Of a DNA stretch of 44,592 bases, positions 34,787 to 42,276 are shown piece by piece. Under the pieces are notes generated by a model. That model was not told where the DNA came from. It made no database searches and worked only from the letters and a program-made list of their open reading frames with translations. The position numbers were made by a program, and so were the translations under genes. Location of the stretch: sequence record MN158212.1. One strand, 5' to 3'. Origin of the DNA: Escherichia phage BEK1-1. Position 1 is the stretch's first letter. The number at the start of each line of letters is the position of its first letter.

Positions 34787-35265
34787 CCGTGCCTCTCTGT
34801 GAATTCTGGGTTACCCTCGTAAACTGACTTCGCATATGATACTGCTTCTTCTTTTGTGTAGAAGGTTTTGTAAACCCTGTTTTTATCAATCTGAATTTGA
34901 ACAAGCCACGGCTTTCCATCCCTTTTTATCTTATTTATGAAGTAAACACCTGTAACTCCTGATGTGTTATCCTTTCTCATAGCTGCATTCTTGCAGTTAA
35001 CCCATCTATCTACGCATCTCAAATTCTCTATCCGATTATCGTGCTTAACTCCATTAATGTGATCGATTTCCATACCTTTAGGGACTTCTCCGTTATGCAT
35101 TTCCCATATTACTCGATGGGCAAAAGTCATCTTTGAAAACAGTTTAGTCCTAACGTACCCCCTCAAATCAATATACCCAGCCTTAACTCCGTTATAAGAT
35201 GATACCCTGTGGTTCTTTCTGTACAAATCACCATTTGAATATTCGTAATAATCGTGCCAATTCAT
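34780..35265 (-). CDS. HNH homing endonuclease with AP2-like DNA-binding domain
   Basis: ...AHRVIWEMH...EIDHINGVKHDNRIENLR... (HNH) and ...SGVTGVYF...KPWLVQI...KTFYTKEEA... (AP2-like). Confidence 0.7.
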   Translation of the reverse strand: MNWHDYYEYSNGDLYRKNHRVSSYNGVKAGYIDLRGYVRTKLFSKMTFAHRVIWEMHNGEVPKGMEIDHINGVKHDNRIENLRCVDRWVNCKNAAMRKDNTSGVTGVYFINKIKRDGKPWLVQIQIDKNRVYKTFYTKEEAVSYAKSVYEGNPEFTERHGK

Positions 35266-35293
35266 TTCAATCTCCTCTCGTTTCTATAAAACA

Positions 35294-35339
35294 ATAATAG
35301 CCGCTTTCGCGGCTACTGTTTTAACAAAAGGTGCTATTA
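35294..35339 (-). promoter_or_regulatory. box promoter, variant, with hairpin TAGCCGC-GAAA-GCGGCTA inside the 20-nt spacer
   Basis: Direct reading; the hairpin may also terminate transcripts from the upstream phosphoesterase gene. Confidence 0.4.
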
Positions 35340-36491
35340 GTATTTGGATCCAGGGTTTGCGTCACGAAGCATTTCAACAGGAATGCTCACTCGACTAACT
35401 TCTCCATACTTCTTGTGATACGTAATAACGTTTGCACTACGCCCAGAGAAGTACCCGCCCTTGGATGAGTACTCATCTTTTGCAGCAAGTGTCTGGTGTT
35501 GCTCAATAATCATCAAGCTAGTTTCCTTAACCGCTCTGTGGTGCAGGTGGCCTAGGTGCGTGTATGCGAACTTGGATTTACCAAACATCTCACGATACTT
35601 AGCAATTATTGCTGATTCAACTCTGGAGAAGTTAGCGCAATGCCCGTGATGCATGGCAATCATAACGTCTCCAAATTCATATGCGTAGTAAGGGGAAACT
35701 TCGCGATTCACTTCAACTCGCTCATTTTCAATAAATACTTCATGAAACATCTCGCGCAACCATAATGAAGATACCGGGTTGTGATTTCCCTCACAAATCA
35801 ATAGCTTAACCTTTTTATGTTTAACCAGGCACATGCTTATGGCTGCCTTGATTAATTTAATCTGAGTCCGAATCATTCGGAATAATCTAGTATCAGCAGA
35901 AAGAATGTGACCACTCATTGGGGTTACAGCTTTCATTGAGTCGTAGTGAGCCTCATCCCCTAAAAAGTTAATTATGCATTCATCGCTGTTCGGGCTCATT
36001 GCCACGGCGCTGCTGAACCAGTCCAATGCTAATTTCTCAGCAATCTTGGTGTCATAATTGTCACCACCTTCCTCTGCGCAAGCAAGCATTCCAATGTGAT
36101 GGTCTGTGATGGTGTAGAGGTTGAGAATGTCAGAATTAGTTATCTCACCTGAGTGGTTAACAGCATCGTACTTAGGTAGCTCTTTCTTAAGCTCCTCAAC
36201 AACAATTTGCATCAGCTCTTGCTGTCGCTCCTTGTCAACTTCTGATTTAACCCACTGACCTTTAATCTCACCATCGGCACCAATTAAGCTAGACACACCT
36301 TTGACAGCGTAACCTTGAGGAATTAGGTTGCTTACATCACGGCCGTGCCCCTCACCCCGTTTTGCCAGCTTACTACGACGCAATTCAACGTTGCGAATGT
36401 TCATTCCGTACTTCTCTGCGATTGCCTTGTTGGTCATTCCATTCGCCAGCTCTTCGCGTAGTTGTTCGTTGGTGATTTTTGCAGTTGCCAT
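35337..36491 (-). CDS. calcineurin-like metallophosphoesterase with N-terminal helix-turn-helix domain
   Basis: N-terminal ...MTNKAIAEKYGMNIRNVELRR... (HTH-like); phosphoesterase-like motifs ...ITDHHIG..., ...GDEAH..., ...EGNHN..., ...MHHGH..., ...GHLHH... Confidence 0.55.
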   Translation of the reverse strand: MATAKITNEQLREELANGMTNKAIAEKYGMNIRNVELRRSKLAKRGEGHGRDVSNLIPQGYAVKGVSSLIGADGEIKGQWVKSEVDKERQQELMQIVVEELKKELPKYDAVNHSGEITNSDILNLYTITDHHIGMLACAEEGGDNYDTKIAEKLALDWFSSAVAMSPNSDECIINFLGDEAHYDSMKAVTPMSGHILSADTRLFRMIRTQIKLIKAAISMCLVKHKKVKLLICEGNHNPVSSLWLREMFHEVFIENERVEVNREVSPYYAYEFGDVMIAMHHGHCANFSRVESAIIAKYREMFGKSKFAYTHLGHLHHRAVKETSLMIIEQHQTLAAKDEYSSKGGYFSGRSANVITYHKKYGEVSRVSIPVEMLRDANPGSKY

Positions 36492-36574
36492 TATATAAGT
36501 TCCTTAATTCATTACGATAAAGTATAAGATAGTAAAGCTAAACAGTGGGGCTAATGCTACTAGTATCAGGCCCT

Positions 36575-36832
36575 TCATTCAACTTCTTTCAACCAGTAGT
36601 CAATCAAATCAGCACTAATTGCTAATTTCTGGTCAAGGTCAGTCATACAAAGGTCTCCGCATGCTGGGGAGTAGTAAATCTGAACCCACTTCCCGTCTTT
36701 AGTTTTTGCGTTCACATCCACATAATCTGGAGGAAACCAGTCAGAGATGGGTATCGCTCTAAACTTTGCACCACTTTGACCATATACTAAATCGTAATGA
36801 TCTGGCTGAAAATCTAAACCCAACATACTCAA
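36575..36832 (-). CDS. hypothetical protein (85 aa)
   Basis: ORF; ATGA-type overlap with the upstream gene. Confidence 0.35.
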   Translation of the reverse strand: MSMLGLDFQPDHYDLVYGQSGAKFRAIPISDWFPPDYVDVNAKTKDGKWVQIYYSPACGDLCMTDLDQKLAISADLIDYWLKEVE

Positions 36833-37077
36833 TCCTTAGGCTTCGTTATCTTAAACTTGAATCCCTCAGATTTAAGGAACTCGTTAACATCAATTCTAAC
36901 ACCCGGCTTAACTCTTACGTATTTTCTTGGGCGCTCATCCATATAAGAGAATTTACCATTGAAAACAACGCTGATGTCTTTTATATCAAAGAAGCGGGAT
37001 ATCTGCTTAATGTCATCCTGTAACCCCGCCTCACCACAATGTGCCCAAACTGCGGCGCGTCCGGTTTCAACTATCAT
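36829..37077 (-). CDS. hypothetical protein (82 aa)
   Basis: ORF in a translationally coupled chain. Confidence 0.35.
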   Translation of the reverse strand: MIVETGRAAVWAHCGEAGLQDDIKQISRFFDIKDISVVFNGKFSYMDERPRKYVRVKPGVRIDVNEFLKSEGFKFKITKPKD

Positions 37078-37198
37078 AATCCGTAAGCCATTTTCAGGTA
37101 TTCTTTAGCGCACATCCAACAATATTCTGAGTCTGTTTTAACTGCTTCATTTGCATATGTCTGTGCAATTTCGAACATCTCTTTGTCTACGATTTTCA

Positions 37199-37420
37199 TT
37201 ATTCAAAATCCTCTGGGCAATCTTTCTTCATTTCTGCAATGTCTGCAACCATACGGTCACGCCATGTTTCTACATCTGTGTTCAGGTAATCTTCTTCAAA
37301 GCTCATATCCAGGCAAAATGCTAAGTCCCAGGGGTTTTTGTTAAATCCAGACTTCTTTAGTTCCTCAACTGCCATTAGCTTAAAGACTTCCCATTGATTT
37401 TCAAATGTAAAGATTGCCAT
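37199..37420 (-). CDS. hypothetical acidic protein (73 aa)
   Basis: ORF in a translationally coupled chain. Confidence 0.35.
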   Translation of the reverse strand: MAIFTFENQWEVFKLMAVEELKKSGFNKNPWDLAFCLDMSFEEDYLNTDVETWRDRMVADIAEMKKDCPEDFE

Positions 37421-37662
37421 TATTCTGATACCTCATCAAATTTTTCGCCAAATGCGTTTTTAACAGTTTCCAGGTCATCTTTGTAAGTCGGGCTAACTTC
37501 GAAAGCATAACCCTCACCATCGTCAAGAACATAGCCATCAGGGGTGATTACCAATTCATACTCATAACCAGTTTTGCGTGATTCGTAGAATTTTCCAGTG
37601 TAGATAGTAGCCATTTTGTTTCTCTCTCTGTGTTTCGTTTCGATGGAGTAACTATACCCCAA
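37420..37662 (-). CDS. hypothetical protein (80 aa)
   Basis: ORF with box promoter upstream. Confidence 0.4.
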   Translation of the reverse strand: MGYSYSIETKHRERNKMATIYTGKFYESRKTGYEYELVITPDGYVLDDGEGYAFEVSPTYKDDLETVKNAFGEKFDEVSE

Positions 37663-37696
37663 TCTTTAAAATCGTCTTTAGCAATTCGTGCTATTT
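37651..37696 (-). promoter_or_regulatory. box promoter (AAATAGCACGAATTGCTAAA, 20 nt, TATAGT, leader ACTCCATCGAAACGAAA)
   Basis: Direct reading of the reverse complement. Confidence 0.55.
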
Positions 37697-38110
37697 TGAA
37701 ATCATTTCTTCAAATGCTGCCAGGAAGCCCTCTCTACCGTAGGCAACTCCAGCGAAACCTCCTGATTCTCTCACGCTTTTAAGGAAGGACTTCTGTTCGT
37801 CACTGACTGGACTAGCTTGAGTTTTTCCCGCCCTCTTTAGCTCTATGGCCCCAAAAGGGTACTTTCCTCTAAGTGATTCAGGTATCAGGAATAAGCAGTC
37901 CGAAACCCCCTTAAGCAATCCTTTGGCCTGGTCCTTCCTTGCTTGTCCAATGGTCTTCTTACCCTCATTCACGCAGTGGAAAAATACCATCTCTGGATAG
38001 TTATACTTAACCCAATCAGAGCAAAAGATTTGTTCGTCATCCTCTTTCGGGCATGACTTAACCGGGCCAGGGTAAAACTCAATGTAATCAACTTTGTCTG
38101 TAATGTTCAT
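37691..38110 (-). CDS. VRR-NUC domain nuclease
   Basis: ...GVSDCLFLIPE...GAIELKRAGKTQASPVSDEQKSFL...GGFAGVA fits the VRR-NUC PD-(D/E)XK pattern; coupled to the helicase gene. Confidence 0.6.
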   Translation of the reverse strand: MNITDKVDYIEFYPGPVKSCPKEDDEQIFCSDWVKYNYPEMVFFHCVNEGKKTIGQARKDQAKGLLKGVSDCLFLIPESLRGKYPFGAIELKRAGKTQASPVSDEQKSFLKSVRESGGFAGVAYGREGFLAAFEEMISK

Positions 38111-40101
38111 AACAATTCTCCAAAATTCTTAAAAGCTATTATATCATTTCCTTTGCCATTCTTGCGGTGTGTCACCTGGACTGGCGCACGAAACTTATCT
38201 GCGTTAGTCATAATCATTCTGGCATTCTTCAGTCTGCCAATTCGTGCTGCTTCAGCTCGATTTTCAATGTGAGCAAGGCAAAAGTTTTTCCAAAGCACAC
38301 TACAAACCCTGTGGTCAGATTCTGGATTGAAGAACTCCCAAGCATTAAACCGCTCTCCGTTGTGCGCCATGATATTGTACTTAACAACAATTCCCGTTTG
38401 GTTCTTACTTAAGCCAACCTGAAAATCATAAACACGAAGGTAATCACCACGTCGATACATTTTTCCAGTAAGATTGGCATTCGGGTCTTTAAGCATTTCT
38501 CCGCATTCACGACAAACTTTTGCTGCTATGTCATTTTTAGTTCCACAACCTTTCTTGATTACCGCCTTTGTTTGTTGGTCGGTAATATCATCACATGTCG
38601 TGAACTGGAAAAAGTGATCGCATCTAACACCATCAATCTTATTGCTACAGCGTCTAGCAAATGGCGAGTTCTCATATCCACATTTCGGACACTGGCGAAC
38701 CTCATCACCACCTTTTCTTGAGGATTTAAACTTCTCAGCCTGAATCTCCTCAATTATTGGGTCAAAGTAAAGCTCTGCCATGTCATCAAGCGCCCCGGCA
38801 AAGTCTAATACCAAGTGGTCCTCCTTCTTGAACCCAGCATCTATGTGCGCCTTTTTTAGTTTTCGCATGCCACGACCAAGAAGCTGAATCATTAAGGTTA
38901 TACTGCCAATCTTGCGTAGTATGACGCTAGTATCCCACAGTGGTTGGTTTACGCCCGTGGTTAGACATCCAATCTGAAAGATAATCTTGTACTTTCCAGT
39001 CTGGCAATCAGCAAGAATCTCCCTGCGCTTCTTCTCCCCCGTAGAATCAGTAATGATAGCGTAAGGGTATCCATCTGGGAGTGCCTCGGCGGCTTCATCA
39101 CAATGTAGTTTGCCAGCGCATGTTACCAATGCGGCATTGCGAGTCTCAAGTATTTTTACAACAAAACCCATTATCTTTTGAGTCATGGATTGGTTGTCGT
39201 GAATCTTTGCAGCCATTGCGTCCATTTCTTTCTTGCTGAAATCCTTCACGCCATCGCTTCCGTCTGGCGCAAACTCACTAAGGTCATAACCAAGGTCACC
39301 AACCTCGCCGTAAACAGTTGGTACCACGAATCCCAAATCAACAAGGTAATTTGTTGGAACCTGAATCACAGTTTTTCGCCAGAACCCACGGATGTTTGGA
39401 TTGCTAACGACGATATGGTCATTATTTCGATAAGGGCTACCAGTAAGGCCGAATATACGAAGCTCCCGCCCGTATTTTTCACGGCAGCGACGCTTCATCT
39501 CAGTGATTATTAACGTGTACTGCGCGCGACCAGTGCCAAGCAACCCTGTGTTTACGCCATCCTTAAAAACCATCTCGCCTTTCTTTGTGCTCATCTGCTC
39601 AAATGTTTCTTCATTCTCTTCGGCTTCCACGATATCCATGTGATCGACCATGTGGCATTCATCTATAGCTATAACGGCAGGAACATAGTCACCAAGCCCC
39701 TTAAACAAGCCGTTAGCTGCCGTGCCCTCACTAGCAACTATGGTTGGGTAGTAAACTGATTTAACGTTAAGTCCGGCGCAATAGACGCTGTTGCGGATGC
39801 CGAAATTACGAAGTTCTTCTGAGTTCTGGCTTATTATCTCTGACTGGCGAGAAAGAACCATGTAAGGCAACCCTAATTGCTCCATTCGCTTTCCAATCAT
39901 GGCGAGAATGATTGTCTTACCAGCAGATACTGAAAGGTCTGCGATAAATGGGGCCTCGTACTTCCCAATAGCCTTTCCGATAGCATCAAATGTAACGCAC
40001 TGGAACTCGTAAGGAGTTATCTCTCCAAACTGATAATCTTTCTGAATCTGTTTAATTCTTTCTTTATCAAAGTTTGCAACCTGCTTCTCGATAGGCAACA
40101 T
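38107..40101 (-). CDS. DExH-box (SF2) helicase with C-terminal Cys-rich zinc-ribbon region
   Basis: Motif I-like ...SVSAGKTIIL..., motif II ...IDECHMV...; C-terminal ...CPKCGYEN...C...C... cluster. Confidence 0.7.
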   Translation of the reverse strand: MLPIEKQVANFDKERIKQIQKDYQFGEITPYEFQCVTFDAIGKAIGKYEAPFIADLSVSAGKTIILAMIGKRMEQLGLPYMVLSRQSEIISQNSEELRNFGIRNSVYCAGLNVKSVYYPTIVASEGTAANGLFKGLGDYVPAVIAIDECHMVDHMDIVEAEENEETFEQMSTKKGEMVFKDGVNTGLLGTGRAQYTLIITEMKRRCREKYGRELRIFGLTGSPYRNNDHIVVSNPNIRGFWRKTVIQVPTNYLVDLGFVVPTVYGEVGDLGYDLSEFAPDGSDGVKDFSKKEMDAMAAKIHDNQSMTQKIMGFVVKILETRNAALVTCAGKLHCDEAAEALPDGYPYAIITDSTGEKKRREILADCQTGKYKIIFQIGCLTTGVNQPLWDTSVILRKIGSITLMIQLLGRGMRKLKKAHIDAGFKKEDHLVLDFAGALDDMAELYFDPIIEEIQAEKFKSSRKGGDEVRQCPKCGYENSPFARRCSNKIDGVRCDHFFQFTTCDDITDQQTKAVIKKGCGTKNDIAAKVCRECGEMLKDPNANLTGKMYRRGDYLRVYDFQVGLSKNQTGIVVKYNIMAHNGERFNAWEFFNPESDHRVCSVLWKNFCLAHIENRAEAARIGRLKNARMIMTNADKFRAPVQVTHRKNGKGNDIIAFKNFGELL

Positions 40102-40149
40102 ATCTGAATTCCTATAAAAATTGTCTTGTAGCGTTTAATTGAGTACAAT

Positions 40150-40191
40150 ATTACCATCAAATCATGATGACTTTTAACAAAAAATGCTATT
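40150..40191 (-). promoter_or_regulatory. box promoter, half-box variant, upstream of the helicase gene
   Basis: CAATAGCATTTTTTGTTAAA, 20 nt, AATATT on the reverse complement. Confidence 0.35.
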
Positions 40192-40202
40192 GAGGTAATA
40201 AG

Positions 40203-40688
40203 ATGAATGCAGTCGACAAGCGAACCATTAACGGTAATAACGGAACCATCCGCACTGAAGACAAAAAGCAACGGAAACGACCTTCAGGTTACTACGTTTT
40301 GAAAGATGAGGTAAGGGCGGGTTTACGTGCGCGGCTGGAAATTGTTCTTGATTTCTTCGGCACAAAGGCAAATATGGCAAAGCAATTAAAGGTAACACCA
40401 CAGGCTGTAGAGGAATGGTTTAAGCGCGGCATGATTTCTGCGCGCGGGGCTCAACTCTCACACAACTACTACAAGCGAACCGGGGAAGGCTTTCGCGCCA
40501 CATTCTGCCGACCAGATCTGCAATTCGACGGCAACGGCAAGCCTCTTACTCTACGTTGCAAAAAGCGTCACATGCTGCGTGTTGTTACTGAGGCTGAATT
40601 AGCCACCAAGCCAGAGTGTCGATCATGGCGCAAGATTAAGGAAGAGAATCGCAAAAAGCGAGAAGCAGAGAAAAATAGCACGAATTGA
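40203..40688 (+). CDS. putative HTH DNA-binding regulator (161 aa)
   Basis: ...FGTKANMAKQLKVTPQAVEEWFKRGMIS... resembles a Cro/CI-type helix-turn-helix; basic N- and C-termini. Confidence 0.45.
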   Translation: MNAVDKRTINGNNGTIRTEDKKQRKRPSGYYVLKDEVRAGLRARLEIVLDFFGTKANMAKQLKVTPQAVEEWFKRGMISARGAQLSHNYYKRTGEGFRATFCRPDLQFDGNGKPLTLRCKKRHMLRVVTEAELATKPECRSWRKIKEENRKKREAEKNSTN

Positions 40689-40725
40689 TAAACAATGGCG
40701 CTATGCATTGTGTATAGTGCCTTTA
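40673..40725 (+). promoter_or_regulatory. box promoter (AAATAGCACGAATTGATAAA, 20 nt, TATAGT) upstream of the second HNH gene
   Basis: The box overlaps the last codons (NSTN-stop) of the HTH gene. Confidence 0.5.
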
Positions 40726-40738
40726 TTGTTTATGGAGG

Positions 40739-41269
40739 GTGTATATGAAAGTTAATGATTTTGTTTATGTTGATGATGAATTTAAATTAAGATGGAAGAG
40801 TAGAGGTGTTGAATTCTTCAAAACAGAGAGGTCATCAAAGATCTGGAATAGTAGGTTTGCAAACAAGGAATGTGGATACATTAGGGATGACGGCTATCTT
40901 TCTTTTGAGTTCAATGGTCGAGCATACAGAAATCACAGGGTGATATGGGAAATTGTAACTGGTAATGAAATAGATGATAACATGGAGATTGACCATATAG
41001 ATCATAATACAACAAACAACAATACTGAAAACCTTAGACTTGTTGACAGGAAAGAGAATTGCAAAAACCAATCCATGATGCCCCATAACTCGAGTGGCTT
41101 CACAGGTGTTCACTGGTGGTCAGCAAGAAACAAATGGAGAGCCCGCATCGAATGTGATGGCAGAGTGAAAACAAAAACATTTGAAGACTTTAATGACGCC
41201 GTCGAGTGGAGAAAAGAAATGAACATAAATCTTGGCTTTCACAAGAATCATGGAGATAAGAAAAAATGA
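40739..41269 (+). CDS. HNH homing endonuclease with AP2-like domain (paralogue of 34780..35265)
   Basis: ...YRNHRVIWEI...EIDHIDHNTTNNNTENLR... and ...SGFTGVHW...KWRARIECDGRVKTKTFEDFNDAVEW... Confidence 0.7.
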   Translation: MYMKVNDFVYVDDEFKLRWKSRGVEFFKTERSSKIWNSRFANKECGYIRDDGYLSFEFNGRAYRNHRVIWEIVTGNEIDDNMEIDHIDHNTTNNNTENLRLVDRKENCKNQSMMPHNSSGFTGVHWWSARNKWRARIECDGRVKTKTFEDFNDAVEWRKEMNINLGFHKNHGDKKK

Positions 41270-42189
41270 AATTTTATGATAAGAAAGAGGTATTGCCAAG
41301 AATGATGGGGATGTGGAAGGATGCCCTCATAAACATTTGTGATGCGCCTGAGAGCTTCTTTAATGGCAAGCACCAGCCATGCCTATATTGTGGAGGTCGG
41401 GATCGGGCTAGATGGACTGATAACCTATCTATAAAAGGTGACGGCGGAAATATATGCAATCAGTGCGGAAACGACACTGGAATAGGGTTGATGATGAGGC
41501 TTACTGGAATGAACTACAATGAGGCCATAAATGTATTAGGTGACTGGCTCAACCTTATACCTACAGAGGCTATATCAAAAGCAAACAAAAGAGCTTCAAG
41601 AACATCACCATACAAAATGGGAGCACAGATCGACCACGAAAGATGCCTGGAGATAATGGAAAGAACTGAAAGAGTAGAATCAACCCCACTCAGCACATAT
41701 GAGGGTATCTATAGTGAGTTTGGTTTTGATGTTGGCAGGACAAAATCAGGCGAACTAATACACGCAATACCGTGTTTTATGGCTTATAGTGACGGCATAT
41801 CGGAAGAAATGTGCAATGTAATGTTTATCAATGAAGATGGAGATGTTAGTTATGCTGCAAAAGATTATACTCGCCAATCTGTCGCTGTTATTGGTGCCTT
41901 TAAAAGTGATGAGTACGCTTATCTGGTCGATAATCTCATTGACGGCTATCGTGTTCACATTGCTACTGGGAGCCGCTGTGTGCTTGTTTGCTACTCTAGT
42001 TACAACATGGAAATGGTTGCTTATGCGCTTAGAAACCACAAGCTGAGAGTGGCTTGTACTCGCCACGATTTTGATTTACTCGCCGTTGCTGATGATCGCA
42101 ATCTTGATGTGGTAATGCCAAATGATGATAATTTTTTCAAGTCAGGCATAAGAAAGCGAATATACAAAGCAAGCGAATTACTAGACTAA
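41266..42189 (+). CDS. putative DNA primase (N-terminal Zn-ribbon)
   Basis: ...CLYCGGRDRARW...CNQCGN... resembles the primase zinc-ribbon; lies next to the helicase block; ATGA overlap with the HNH gene. Confidence 0.5.
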   Translation: MKFYDKKEVLPRMMGMWKDALINICDAPESFFNGKHQPCLYCGGRDRARWTDNLSIKGDGGNICNQCGNDTGIGLMMRLTGMNYNEAINVLGDWLNLIPTEAISKANKRASRTSPYKMGAQIDHERCLEIMERTERVESTPLSTYEGIYSEFGFDVGRTKSGELIHAIPCFMAYSDGISEEMCNVMFINEDGDVSYAAKDYTRQSVAVIGAFKSDEYAYLVDNLIDGYRVHIATGSRCVLVCYSSYNMEMVAYALRNHKLRVACTRHDFDLLAVADDRNLDVVMPNDDNFFKSGIRKRIYKASELLD

Positions 42190-42211
42190 CCTCCTTCGGT
42201 AGGTTTTTTTA
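42188..42211 (+). terminator. intrinsic terminator after the primase gene
   Basis: AACCTCC-TTCG-GTAGGTT followed by TTTTTTT. Confidence 0.65.
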
Positions 42212-42276
42212 TGCCTGAAAGATGATACAATCCAATTTAGCAATTCTTGCTATTTTACAAATGGAGACTTTACACA

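Noticed and set aside
36608-36628. Box-like sequence AGCACTAATTGCTAA inside the 3' part of ORF 36575..36832
   Set aside because: It lies within coding sequence (encoding ...LAISA... on the minus strand) and no TATnnT follows at the 20-nt spacing in either direction; probably a chance or relic half-site.
1243-42255. Possibility that the recurring 20-bp boxes form a CRISPR array or terminal repeats
   Set aside because: The copies are dispersed over 40 kb at gene junctions, in both orientations, with no regular spacing and no short unique spacers; each has a fixed relationship to a downstream -10 element instead.
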